DNA of 64,000 bases, from contig NC_135663.1 in the NCBI RefSeq assembly GCF_964188315.1, positions 38,254,001 to 38,318,000 on the forward strand. The letters are read 5' to 3'. Made by a program: the position numbers and the translations under genes. The notes under the pieces are model-generated. The model was given only the letters and a program-made list of their open reading frames with translations. It made no database searches and was not told where the DNA came from. The stretch comes from Podarcis muralis (Eukaryota). This document shows positions 49,480-63,170 of this stretch, one piece after another (position 1 is the first letter of the stretch; each line of letters begins with the position of its first letter).

Positions 49480-50345
49480 CCCACTCCATACTTCACTCAT
49501 CTAGAGGAATAATCTGTCATCGATGTCTCTATCAGCTTCTTAGCCCTTCATTTCAAACTGCCCACCTTTGGTGTCCCAGTCATTGTGTTGCCTACAGCCC
49601 TCCAGAAAGCCAGATAAAAGATATGGCTCTACATATGATCACCATGAACTAAGCCAGATATTGGGTCAAATGTTATGCTGTACAAATGCCATGCCATCAT
49701 ATTGCAGGAGCAATATGTTTGGCGGGCTCCCTCCCAAACTGCACCAAATATGTGTTCTACATCCTGCAACATTTAAAAGTTCATTTCCAGCACCAGTTGT
49801 TCCTTCACATTTCTCTTCCTGTCCCTGTCTGATTCTTCCTCCAGCTTCACAGCTAAATATTCAGTCTCCATTTGTAAGAGCTGGATCGCAGACTGGGTGG
49901 TTAGAGCAAGATTGTGTGCATCATATGCAGTTTTAGAAACACCTGACAGTTGGTCAGATAGCAAATCGAATTTCTTCTCAAGTGGAGCTAGGGCTGCTCT
50001 CCAGTCCAAGGCTAGGGCTTGCCTTATTTTATTAATGTACACATCTGCGTCTCTGGCCTCCTCCATTGTAGCAGCTACTTTCCAGCCTTTGGGGGCTTTC
50101 ATGCTGCTTTTAGCCATGTCAGTGTCTGATGCCTCCTCTGAAGCCTCGGATACAGCTCCCTCTAACTAACCTTGAAGGTTTGCTTTTTGGTCCATGTATT
50201 TTTTGAATCATCTCCTTGCTGAGGCTATATAAAACTTTTGATTAGATGTCAATATGATCCACTTTGCTTAGATTTTGTCCCAGGGCCATTGGAGACATAG
50301 AATTATGCTGCCATTTAACTTTCCAACAAGCCACGCCCACCCCTT
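49480..50345 (-). mobile_element. Degraded L1-like 5'UTR plus ORF1 relic
   Basis: Minus strand starts GGGGTGGGCGTGGCTT...AAATGGCAGC, like an L1 5' end. ORF 49773..50117 has coiled-coil heptads ending KLEEESDRDRKRNVK, resembling ORF1p 'LEDLENRSRRNNI'. Confidence 0.55.
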
Positions 50346-52429
50346 CCTTCGCATTTCTAACTTGCAAGGTTTTAACATTCTCCAAACTAGGGGATACTGT
50401 GTCCTCAACAAATTAATTGTGAAAGAGTAAAGCAGAGATCAAGCAATAAATCACATTTCAATTGGTTCTAATAGATCAAGACTAAATGTCACTCTCTTAT
50501 TGGGGATAGAGACATTTGTGTGCCTGTAATCAGTGTAAAGGCATATTATTATAAAATGGCTTCCTCTTATGTTTCAAACTGAATAGCACACAAGTACCGA
50601 CAAGGTGACCCAGTGGGAAAACAAATATGAGATATCCGTCCCAATTCCCAAAGCCTGTAAAGTTCCCATCTTTCAATTTGGCATTTTATGTTTGATTCTG
50701 CAGAAATTTCTCCTCACTGCTAGGCTATTCTGTTTTATGATGGCAAGTCTAAGATTATTACTTTCCAACAGTGTTGGCTTTCATTAGCTTTTGATTTTAC
50801 GTGCTAGTGCATACTAAACAATGAGTGCTGTTATTAATTTCTCCCAATAGTATATCATTATAATGACACAATATCAGAGCAAATAAGCACCTATCACTTT
50901 CACAATTTCAGCTAGCATTGTTAAGCATAGCATTTGCATGCATTATGCGGTGCACAGGCTAACAGAAGTGTCTTATTTCTGGATCCATGTGGCAGAGAAT
51001 GAATGATTGAGTTCTTGGCTTCAGGTATCAAATTACATTTAGGAGAAATGTGAAACTCCCAGACACAGAGATTAATAAAGTTGCCTTTCCTTTTTAAAGA
51101 TTATGTTCATTCCAAATGCACAGACAAAGATTGCAATCCATTGGTCCCAGATATGAAAAAAAGGAAAAAGAGAAAGAAAATGCACAAGGAACAAGAAGAC
51201 AACTCCCATTCCAGCCTAAGTTACCTAATGACACCCAGAGTTCTGAGGTTCATCCACATATACTAAAGAAAATGCTGGGAGGGGGGGGGGGATAGAGTGG
51301 GAGGGGAGCAGTAGGACCCTGCATTATTTTTCACCAAGACTTACGGTTTTCTAATAATAGAGATCCTAGACTGCTTTGGCCAATCCTACAAATAGCCTTC
51401 CCACTTATCCATGTTCACAGCCAAGGTAACTATTAGTGTACAAATCACTGTTTATCTGCAAATAGCCTTTTCAGTGCAAAGTTCAACCCTGTAAGTACAC
51501 TGAAATGGATCTAGATAATCAGTGCCATCCAAGTCTTGCACAACAACCATCCACTTGATCACTTTCCAAAAATATTACGTTGGACATTTGGCTGAGAGCT
51601 GGAATAGTCCTTTAAGGTGGTTCAGAACTCACCTTCTAGCAAGCAGGTATTTATTACTTCCTGCTCAATATTATGAGCCAGAAGCAGCAACGGTCAAGCA
51701 AAAAGATGGCACGCTGTACTCTTCCAAGCACCTTGTTTGTGTCCCTAGGCCTCAATAACTGAAATTAATCCCAGTTCACTAGAGACCCATTTAATGGCAA
51801 TGAAGTGGCATGCAAATTATTAAGGATGCAAATTTCCAAGTGCTTAGCAAATAAAGTCACAGAAGACTCTGCGATGAGCTCTTCATTGTGTTTTGCTGGA
51901 TCCACTTCTGACTTGCATTCCCATCACTGTCTGTTCTCATACACCACTCATATCTGCCTGTAAACCAAGGGGCCAAACCAGCAGCACCAAAAGGGAGCTT
52001 AGGAGCAATTATATCAACTGAGTCATTTCCACAATCCACAAAGCAACCAGGGCTTTGACAGGACCACCAGCCATGCTAATGGAAATACTGCAAGTGCTCT
52101 CATAACTCTCTCTAGGACCCATCAACCTGAGATTGGATTGTTCTCTCACCCATGCAGAGAGAGGAAGACACGGCAAGCCTAAATCTCATTCAAAAGTGAT
52201 TTGGCCATGAAAGGAGAGAAGAAAAATCCCTCTCATTCCCATACCATAGCATGACCTTTAGCACATGTTAGGCCACTGACAACTGGAGGCAGCCCCATGA
52301 CCTTATGGCTGCCATGACAATCCTGAATCACCTCTACCTCTGACAAGTAAGCCTTAACATGGATGTTGAAGTCTCCCAGAACTTCCATTCTGGAGGTTCC
52401 TCCTCCTCATGTCTGAGATCCAGAGATCC

Positions 52430-52880
52430 GTGTCCAGAGGAAGGCAACCAAAATGGTCAAAGGCCTGGAAACGATGCCTTATGAGGAACGGCTAAGGGAG
52501 CTGGGCATGTTTAGCCTGGAGAAGAGGAGGTTAAGGGGTGATATGATAGCCATCTTCAAATATATAAAGGGATGTCATATAGAGGAGGGAGAAAGGTTGT
52601 TTTCTGCTGCTCCAGAGAAGCGGACACAGAGCAATGGATCCAAACTACAAGAAAGAAGATTCCACCTAAACATTAGGAAGAACTTCCTGACAGTAAGAGC
52701 TGTTCGACAGTGGAATTTGCTGCCAAGGAGTGTGGTGGAGTCTCCTTCTTTGGAGGTCTTTAAGCAGAGGCTTGACAACCATATGTCAGGAGTGCTCTGA
52801 TGGTGTTTCCTGCTTGGCAGGGGGTTGGACTCGATGGCCCTTGTGATCTCTTCCAACTCTATGATTCTATGATTCTATGA
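52430..52880 (+). mobile_element. Young CR1 LINE 3' end, 5'-truncated
   Basis: ORF 52453..52800 encodes [40 protein letters not shown], the CR1 ORF2 C-terminus; (ATTCTATG)n tail; possible GAGATC TSD. Confidence 0.95.
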
Positions 52881-54372
52881 GATCACCACTATCAGATCAG
52901 GCAGACGGAGAGCGCAGAGATGGGTGATACAGGATCTCTAATGTGCCCCAGTAGTCCACACTGGAGGGGAGGGTCACTCCAAACAAGTGTTCACCCAGAT
53001 AGTAAACCTAATGAGAGACAGAGAATGCTAATAGGCAACTTCAACCCCCACCCCACTGCAGACACCAAGTCTATGCTAGTGCTGCATCGAAAACCTCGTC
53101 TAGCTAATGAACACCAGTAATCCTCGAAAACAAAACACACAAGATAGTATTTTCTGAATTTGAGTAGAAAAATTGATGTCATTAAAAAAAAATCCACCAC
53201 CATCCTAAGCAGCTTCTGTTTGTAGCTAACTGTGCTGCTGAATCAGCTAAAATGGTAACTCGCTCCTTGCCCCTTTTTAAAATGAAGGGCTTTAATCAGG
53301 TAACAGACTAAGCTTATTCCATCTGTACTATGCACCTAACACCTTCCAAGCTTTCAGTTTCACTGTGCTGTTGCTATGTAGTTCACACAAGTCTGCAGCA
53401 ACAAGTGATGAGCAACAACTGAACACTGTTCACTAACAACTTGTAAATGATCCATCGTAAAATGTCTTGCCTTTAATTAATATCTCTCATAAATGTTCTT
53501 TGCCAAGTTTATTATGTATATAGCATTATTGTCCTACATGTCACCTTACAGAGCAATGTAAGCAAACTATACAGATCTCTGTCTTGAAGAACGTACAATC
53601 TCAATTTTGTTAGTAAAAGGAATAACTAGGGGAGAAAGGTAGAGTCAACAGGTGAACACAAGCAATCATGCCTCTCTTCTGCTGCATCTTTAGCACAATA
53701 ATTGAATGTGGCTAAAATCTCATTAGATGAGGAGGGAAGCTAGAGTCGGAGGAGACAATATCAGACTATTGCTACATGGAGCAGACCCACAACTTATGTG
53801 GAGCTTACATTCCAGGGATAGCGCCTAAAGCCAAAATTATGTATCGTCAAAACACACTGGGTGCAATGGCAGTTGGGGTTGCCAAAGTCCCCCACCCCCA
53901 TGGATACTCTCTTACTTTCTACCTCGTTTTTAATTTTTTGATTTATTCTGCCAAGCACTTAAAGCTGAATGGGCACAACTTAAGTGTGCATAAGTTGCAG
54001 GTCTGCTGTACTTTTTCCTAACAGAAAAGTAAATTTAAACTCTAGAGGCTAGAAATGGTCAACAGTAGCATAATGCCCAGGTAAAAGACATAGAGAAAAA
54101 CACTGAAAAGCAGTACTCTAGTCACCCTTGTATACATTGCCACCGTATGTCTCTCTAGTCACTACAGGATGCAGAATCACTTTGAAACTGTGGGAGAATA
54201 TCTGCTGGCAAATGAGTGGGAGGGGGAATCTGAAAACATACCGATTCTGTGAATCTAATATTTTTGTTAGATTAAGCTCTATTTTCCCTCTTTTTTCTTT
54301 CATTTTTTTTCTGGGATGCTTAAATTAAATTAATTGTCAATTCCAAAGGTAGCAAAACAAACATGACAAGTA

Positions 54373-54614
54373 CAGTGGTACCTCTGGTTACGAATTTAAT
54401 TCGTTCTGGAGGTCCATTCTTAACCTGAAACCGTTCTTAACCTGAGGCACCACTTTAGCTAATGGGGCCTCCCGCTGCCGCCATGCCACCGCCATGCACT
54501 TTCTGTTCTCATCCTGAGGTAAAGTTCTTAACCCGAGGTACCACTTCCGGGTTAGCGGAGTCTGTAACCCAAAGTGTTTGCAACCTGAGGTGTTTGTAAC
54601 CCGAGGTACCAATG
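54373..54614 (-). mobile_element. 242-bp Tigger/pogo-like MITE, copy 3
   Basis: TA|CAGTGGTACCTC...GAGGTACCAATG|TA. Confidence 0.93.
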
Positions 54615-56030
54615 TAATTGCAAAAGTTTTGAATACAAGATGGACAGAGAGCTATTAATCTGCCTCTGGGCCCCTATACCAATAAGCTCCCACAAAGGAA
54701 CATACATGGATGCATATAAACACAAATTCAGCCCTGAGACATCACCCCAAACCATGGTTTGCATCTCTAACCATAATTCTAGAGCTCAAACCACAGTATG
54801 AGCTTCCAAATATACATCAGACAACCCCTTTCACATTTCATTATCTCAGTGTTCAGCTTCATAAATTCACTCCTGTTTCCACATGCAGCAGTCACTGCAG
54901 AGTGATGGCCGTAAATGTGACTTGTTAATTCAGACATCACACCAGTCCATAGCTAACACTGCCCTTGCTTACAGACCCAAATCAGATTCTTCCATTCATC
55001 TAGCCAACTGCAATTCAGACATCCTGCCAAACTATAGTTAAGCTTGACATCTACATTGAGCCAAAGATACATTCAGAGGCAGAGTTGGAGGTTAGGAGGA
55101 CAATGTGCCTGTCACTCAAAGCAGCAGCCTGCTTCTCTTTCTCATTTTATCCATATAAGAAACACCTGGTAAAATAGTATATGCTGTCTCACATCATCTA
55201 GTAGTGAGTTTTCCCACTCAATAAATTTGGGTATTCCAATGAACTTTATCATGCTGAACTTTTCAACAGTGTGTCATCATTAAACACCCTAAGATAGTAA
55301 CCTCAGGCACACTTACTTTAAGTGAGTCCCATTACATCCAGTGGAACTTGCTTCTTAGTAGGAAGGCAGAGGCACAGAATTCAAGTCCATAATAACTCTA
55401 GAGGAAAATTAGTTACCCAAAAAACTCTCTGCTTTGCTGAATTGTTCAATTTTCAGCCCTTCACCTTTAAACCTTTATACTGATAGGTACAGTTGAATGG
55501 CATGAACAGTCCAATATAGTGCAGGACACAACACTACGGAAGGGAAGGTGTGTTAACTAAGATCAAGAACAGGACAGAAGGTGGAGAGAAATTGCCAGGA
55601 TAAAGGGACAGGACTGTCAAATGGAGCTAGAGCAAATGAGTGAAAAAGAGTAGGGGATACAGAATAGTCCAAAAGATGGTTTTCAGAGTGAGAACTAGAG
55701 GCAAGTATGCGTTCTTGAAATGCCTTCTTAAAAAACAAATCACTTATTTCCAGGCACTTGAAACCCATGCTTCTTAATGAAAAGTAGATTCCTCCCCAGG
55801 CCTAAACATTTCTTTTTTAGAAGGAGAATGCAAATGCTTATCAATCTTAAAAGGGTGGGTTCATGATTGTATAACTACCATGCATAAATTAGCTTTAAGC
55901 TACATTTGTTATTATTTATGGATTTCTGAAGAACAGTTGGATGCATCATCTGCCTGACTCTACCCAGAATCCCCCTCCAGCTTATGAAAGGTTTGGACAT
56001 GTTTATTTGTGGCTACAGAAAAATTCTTTA

Positions 56031-56447
<417 letters not shown>

Positions 56448-56722
56448 TCAATTCAAGTCATACGTGCCACAAATAATCTCCAATTCATTGTTATGTGTGT
56501 TCAATAAGGGTCATGAATTTAGGGAGCCACAACCCCTTGACATTGGCATTGTTTGTGTTGATAGATTTCACTTGTTATATGAAAACCACCCATAAACACA
56601 CAGTGACTGTTTCTGAATGTCACAGTAAACTATCGTTATGGATTATCATTAAGGGAACAAGCCTAGTTTTCCTTCAGGCTCTCCTCCAGAGCTGCTGTGA
56701 GATCAGAAACCTTTGCTTATGA

Positions 56723-56856
56723 TTAGTCACATTTAAGTGTTGCATCTAAACTGTAAATTTTTGGTTAATCTTAACTATAGTTTATTGAAACAAGTCAGAT
56801 TCATAAGCCACAGTTGGAAAATTTACAGTTTAGATGCAACACTTAAATGTGACTAA
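56723..56856. repeat. Perfect 39-bp inverted repeat with 56-bp spacer
   Basis: TTAGTCACATTTAAGTGTTGCATCTAAACTGTAAATTTT (56723-56761) and its exact reverse complement (56818-56856). Confidence 0.9.
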
Positions 56857-57394
56857 ACCGTAGTTAAGATCAATCAGAGATTATTGGGTTCAGATGACAT
56901 GACAAATGGGTTAAGCAAAAATAAAAGCGAAAATGTCTGAATTCCTCCTCACAGCTACAGAAAGAGCAGGGGAGCAGTGCAGCACCGCAGGATGCTGAGC
57001 TCATTCATATCGTGATGAAGCATGAATTATCAAATGTTCAAGTGCAGTCAGATTGAATGAGTGCCACAAACTCCATCATCATTTTAATTTATTACTTGCC
57101 CTTCCCCCTAATGCCCAAGGGTGGATTACAACAATTTAAAATACAACTTTAAAATAGTTTTGAAAACGTACAATTTACAAAAACTGCAATCACAAAAAAC
57201 CCAACTCCTCCTTGGAATCTGCCTTCTTTACCTCCTCAAAATCACCAAGGAAACATATGAAGAATGCATTTACACATTACAGTAGGCTATCCATTAAGAA
57301 AAAAACAGCATATGCTTTAAAAAACATTTTTTATGAAGATCAAATGCACAGGCATTAAATGTTGAGATTAATGCCAAACCAAACTACATCTGAA

Positions 57395-57486
57395 TGTCTG
57401 ATGTTTTATTGTATTTTTAATATTTTGTTGGAAGCTGCCCAGAGTGGCTGGGGAAACCCAGCCAGATGGGCGGAGTATAAATAAAT

Positions 57487-57530
<44 letters not shown>
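57395..57530 (+). mobile_element. L2/SINE-type 3' tail followed by (TAC)n
   Basis: GGAAGCTGCCCAGAGTGGCTGGGGAAACCCAGCCAGATGGGCGG; a near-identical inverted copy lies at about 63040-63090. Confidence 0.75.
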
Positions 57531-57971
57531 TACTCACTTGCCTGGGGGCAAGTCCCATTAAATTCAATGTAACTTACACCTGAGTAGTTCTTTAAATGAG
57601 TGCACTGAAAAGTTCTACTCAAGTATGTCCATTAGTCACGGCCTGATTAAAAACCTTAAAATTAGGGACTCATAAAATTTCACTAGAATATTTCTGTCTT
57701 TGTATACACACACTTCTATCATACACCACTCCAAATAGCATTCTGGTAAGTGCAAATTTTGAAGGTTAGATGTATATTGGTTCACATATTATTTTGGAAA
57801 CTGAAAGTTTGATGGGTTCTGTGTTAAATGTGTACTGAATTGAATTTCTCCACCATCCCTAGCAGGCAAGTGATTTCTCCACTCTTTCAGCAATCCAAGC
57901 CAATGATAGTATAGCAGTCTCCCCACCACTGATGGCAATTGCTTAAAAGCTTCCTGTAAGCACTTTAACTA

Positions 57972-58427
57972 CCGTATAGTTAAAGCTATGGTTTTCCCAG
58001 TAGTGATGTATGGAAGTGAGAGCTGGACCATAAAGAAGGCTGATCGCTGAAGAATGGATGCTTTTGAATTCTGGTGCTGGAGGAGAATCTTGAGAGTCCC
58101 ATGGACTGCAAGAAGATCAAACCTATCCATTCTTAAGGAAATCAGCCCTGAGTGCTCACTGGAAGGACAGATCCTGAAGCTGAGACTCCAATACTTTGGC
58201 CACCTCATGAGAAAAGAAGACTCCCTGGAAAAGACCCTGATGTTGGGAAAGATTGAGGGCACAAGGAGAAGGGGACGACAAAGGACAAGATGGTTGGATA
58301 GTGTTCTCGAAGCTACCAGCATGAGTCTGACCAAACTGCGGGAGGCAGTGGAAGACAGGAGTGCCTGGCGTGCTCTGGTCCATGGGGTCACAAAGAGTCG
58401 GACATGACTAAACAACAACAACAACAA
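57972..58427 (+). mobile_element. Bov-B (RTE) LINE 3' end, 5'-truncated
   Basis: ORF 58054..58407 encodes DAFEFWCWRRILRVPWTARRSNLSILKEISPECSLEGQILKLRLQYFGHLMR, the Bov-B C-terminus; (CAA)n tail; candidate TSD AAGCACT (57958-57964 and 58426-58432). Confidence 0.95.
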
Positions 58428-58819
58428 GCACTACTCAATTCACATACTGGTCCCATCAGGAGTGCTGCCCTTCCCTAAATAAAATGAATGTCATTTCCCT
58501 GCTGTTCTTTTTCCTGGTAACTCCCCCTTTTCTTGTAATTAAATTCTCTACCCTGCATAGCTATGACAGCCATTCCCAGAGTCTACTGCTTCTGAGGCAT
58601 TGAGGATGCCATAGTACTGATGAATGGGAATGTGTGAGATTTCATCTTCTTCTGCTAGGTGCATCTTGGGCCATAAACATATTTTCTTGGTTCGTCTCTG
58701 GGGCTAGAGCATAATTTCAGAGCCAGAAGAACCTGCCTTAACCACGGGAAGTATTTAATTTCACTATTATGCACATCAGTGGGAGATTGAGGATTATATG
58801 ATAATTTTATATCCATGTC

Positions 58820-59158
58820 TGTTACCTTTAACCAAGCATTAGATATAACAACCGGAATGAACGCCCAGGGAAAAGACAGTTCTCTAAGGGAAAGGAGTGC
58901 TGCTTAGCAAAGAGAGAAGGGGCTGAAGCCAAAAGAGCTTCAAGGGAGGAATCTAGGTTAGGATTTAGAAGTGACCATTTTCCTAGCACAGCTGGAGCTC
59001 AGGGCTCTTAGCTGATAAAAGGAGAGGGAGGAGGAGAAGCAGTTGCAGTAGAAGTGGAGAAATATGCATAGGCGCTGCTCTGTGGCTTTTCCCTGCTCCT
59101 GCTAACCTCTGCCTGCCTTGGTAGACTCTACGGCTGCTCTATGTAAGTATAGCTTACA
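58820..59158 (+). mobile_element. Possible LTR-like remnant
   Basis: TGTTA...TTACA termini with a purine-rich interior; TSD and poly(A) signal not convincing. Confidence 0.3.
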
Positions 59159-60870
59159 TGTTGGAGGGGAAGCAATTTTCAAAAGAAAGCTCTGGGGGGT
59201 AGTGAGCTTCAAGCACATTTCAGGTAACTGGCTTGCTCATTACCCTTGCTAGCTAATGGCTGGTAGTAATTGGCAGCAATATCTGAGACTGAATTCATAC
59301 ATGCCACTTAAAGCACTTTTGAGACTCTCTCCTGCTGTCGCTATGCTGGCATGAAAGTTTTAAATCAATTGATGGCCGCGGAGGAAGATGCCCTTTTTCC
59401 TTTTAAAGGCTGTGCGCGCGCTCCAGTGTTGGAAGGATGATTGCACATCCGACTATCTTAGGTTTTTAAAGGGGATGGAGGGGACTGTGGGTTCTTGCAC
59501 AACGGCAAGGCATGGTAGGCCTTCGACCCATGCTTTCACCTTAGCAACTCCTCTGCTTAGCTGCAATCACACAGGGCAAATCTGACAAGTCTAATAGCAA
59601 GCAAGATGGGCAGATCTTAGCAGCGCCTGCAGTTGGGGAACAGAAAACAGGAGTTTCTGGTGGTGGGGGAAAGAGCTGTCCAAAAGTTCAGTGCACGTTT
59701 ACCCTGGCTCTTACACAAACACTCCAGGCAACAACTTCAGCTATTGCTACTCCTCCTTTTCTTAGCTATGGTAGAAAGGCTCAGCTCTAGCTGAACTGGG
59801 GGAAAAGACAACTATTTGATGGCAAGGACTGACATTAGGCTAAAAGAGACATATTCAAGAGAAGACAGTTTGGGAGCACTTGGGAGGGGTCTTAACTTGG
59901 AGGATTTCTGCTGTAGCTCCCTCTAAGTACAGTATTTTAGGATGCAAGACCCAGAACTGCTTTGATTCATTATTATATTTTCTCAGTCTTGTAAAAAGAT
60001 AATCACATTTCTTCCTTTAAAAGAACATGAATGAAGGCCAAGGCTTCAAGGTCAATACTACAGAGCAGTAGTATTTTTTAAAGAAACTGACCAGGGGTCT
60101 TCCCTTGCCCTTCAGTGTAAAAACTGGTACCATGATTGAAAAGGAGTTTCTCCAAGAAATCCACCAGCTCAGGAGAGGGACAGATGGTAAAGACAAGGAG
60201 TCAGGAGCACTGGTAATGCAGAAAGATGGGGAGTTACAAACTGTCATCACCATCAAACCATGTCACTGACTACTGTTGCAGGGCAGTATTGGCTAGCATC
60301 CAGGTAGGAAAATAGGGAGATGACTTTTCCACCATAAATTCCATAAGTTGCGGCAGAGTGGCATTCAAAGTAGGAAAACAGAACCTGTGAACAGTGCTAA
60401 TGTGTCTAAACTGAAGGAGCATAGTGGTGAATCGTAGAGTGATAATTAAAATGCTATAAACTACACGTGTGATTTTGACATTACGCTGCTTAAAATGCAG
60501 TGCCTGTGCTGTGTACTGCATGCCGATTTAATGAGAGGCATGGCTTCCGGATCCCCTTCTAACTCTCAAACCCCTGAACCAGGATGAGCTCAACAGTGAC
60601 CTTTACGTCCTCCTATTTCCCCTTGCACACAACATAAATTCCACAGTCTTAAAAGCTCACTAATTTTAACTCTGTCAGCTTTTTATGATGCAAAGTAAAA
60701 ATATCCCCAGAAGAGTTTTAGATCAAGTTCCAAATTTATTCAGCTATACAAAGACTATTTCATAATTGTGCACAGCTACATAAATGGTATATTATGGTGT
60801 CAGGATAATTTGACATTAGAAAGTGGAAGTCTGCAGTCTAAAAATTCTCCAGCTTCAAAATTATGTAACC

Positions 60871-60920
60871 TTCACATTCATTATGAGAGTGGGAGTTCAC
60901 ATTCATTATGAAAGTGAGAG
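60871..60920. repeat. 25-bp tandem duplication
   Basis: TTCACATTCATTATGA(G/A)AGTG(G/A)GAG twice, with 2 mismatches. Confidence 0.85.
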
Positions 60921-61966
60921 TTAACAAAAGCACTTAGGGGTGCCATTTAAACTGGGATCCAAACAATTGTTTCAGGTGCACCCGAGGGCTTGGGCACGCC
61001 CAGTGGAATTATTTTTTTAAAAAAGCACACACACTGTGATAGGGTCTGGGAACCTTCTACCAATCTAATTTTAAGAGCCTACACAGCTGCAAAAGTGATC
61101 TGTCATGTGGCTGTTCTTCGAGAAACTTAAAGCCAAAGGCCCCATTGGGCACATGGAGCTACTTGTGTGATTAGATCCCATCCTGACTCCTTTATTGTAG
61201 GTTAAATACAAGCAGTTGCCTTTGTACTGGTTTATGGCTGCACCAGCTGAGCCAGGAAGAGGTCAAGTAATTTATCCTAGGCCATGTCACAAATATCAGT
61301 GGCTCAGACCAGATTAGGAACTAGGATTGTATTGGCTCTGAGCCTCTTACATGCATATAACTAAACTGCCTTTTAAATGAATCTGCATTCAGTGCATTAA
61401 TCTCACACTGGAAATAATGCTCCTCCTCCCGTTTTGCCTCTGCTAATCTGTGAGGCTTACTAGCCCTACTCATTGTGATATTTATACATTCATTACATAA
61501 CAGCATAACACTGTCTGGCAATTGTTGGATGATGACAATGGCTTATTTATTATACATTCAGGGAAGCCCTTGCAAATGTATATGAATGGATGAGCAATGT
61601 TATTTTACATTATAGTTGTGCAAGTAAGTGATATCTAACACTCCCTAGCAGCACTAAGGCCGGTCGCTGCTATAATTCATCTGTACCTATATTTGTAACC
61701 TGATACAGGGTGGCATTAAATGTGGTTTCATACTTTATTTCAGCAACGAATCTGCAGTTCTGCTCTCACTGAATTTACTAGGTCAAATGAAACTACAGAC
61801 AAAGGCAACTGAAGGAGAACCGACAGAGGCACTTTACATCACAATGGAAGCATTTACCTTGATGACAATAACAAAAATACTCTCCCAGCACTCAGTCCCC
61901 AAGTAATTTATTTCTATGATATTTGGAGGACAGAGTTTCCCAATATCAGAACAAAATCAAGCTGTA

Positions 61967-62208
61967 CAGTGGTACCTCAGGTTAAGAACTTAATTCATTC
62001 TGGAGGTCTGTTCTTAACCTGAAACTGTTCTTAACCTGAGGTACCACTTTAGCTAATGGGGCCTCCCACTGCCGCCGTGCTGCCACCGCACGATTTCTGT
62101 TCTCATCCTGAGGTAAAGTTCTTAACCCAAGGTACTATTTCTGGGTTAGCGGAGTCTGTAACCTGAAGTGCCTGTAACCTGACGCGTCTGTAACCCGAGG
62201 TACCACTG
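61967..62208 (-). mobile_element. 242-bp Tigger/pogo-like MITE, copy 4
   Basis: TA|CAGTGGTACCTCAGGTTA...TAACCCGAGGTACCACTG|TA. Confidence 0.95.
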
Positions 62209-62970
62209 TATTGTTAAAGAGAGTAAGCTAAGCTCTGTTTTCTTGGTGAAATGACCAAGGTTTCCAGCAGTTCCAAGGCATAATGCCTTCTTCATTGATG
62301 ACACCATTTTTTAAACACAATAATTGATAGTGCTCTTCTTCTGCCATGAGGTACAAAACAACAACAAAAAAGATGAGGCCAAATGACAGGTCTACATTGG
62401 AGCTGCCCCTCTCACAGTAAAAGCCTGGGAACACAACTTCCTATGTCTCCTAACGATTTGAGACACAATCTTCCCTGTTCTCCTGCAAAATCCCCACTGA
62501 AATGGAAGCATGGCAAGTGTACAGCAAATGAAGGGGAGCAATGCAAGAGCATGCAGGGGCTTACACAAGTGGCTTAAGGAGGGAGTAGATAAGCACTGTG
62601 TAATTCCTAGTCCAATTTATGCACACACAAGGAGCCAGGAACATCTTCAGATGTTGCCATCCACATGTGTTGGTTCCATCTCTAATGCATGCCCAATTGC
62701 TTCTGCCCCCAGAATGCCCACATGCTGAAAATCTGCAAAGAAGAAACCTAGAAACCTTCAGCTGAATGTAGTTATCTGGCCTGCACTTTGCAGATGTCCA
62801 TGCTCAATATATTAATGTCAAGACAGGACCTGTCAGGCATATAACCCCAGAGGTGGGCCAGGAGAGTGTGGTTCCACATCCCCTCCACACATATTCAGCT
62901 TTACATTTAGGGGAGATTTCTATGATAGGTCTAGAGAACTTTTAGCAATACTGCAATCTCATAAACTGCA

Positions 62971-62972
<2 letters not shown>

Positions 62973-63010
<38 letters not shown>

Positions 63011-63170
63011 TTAATATTAATATTAATAATTATTTATTTATACCCCGCCCATCTGGCTGAGTTTCCCCAGCCACTCTGGGTGGCTCCCAATCAAGTGTTA
63101 AAAACAATACAGCATTAAATATTAAAATATTAAAATCTTCCCTAAACAGGGCTGCCTTCAGATTTCTTAT
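62973..63170 (-). mobile_element. L2/SINE-type 3' tail with (ATT)n tail
   Basis: Reverse complement of the 57395 element, plus (AAT)n at 62973-63010. Confidence 0.75.

Noticed and set aside
57969-58427. 152-aa antisense ORF
   Set aside because: The reverse frame of a young Bov-B fragment, commonly open; not a host gene.
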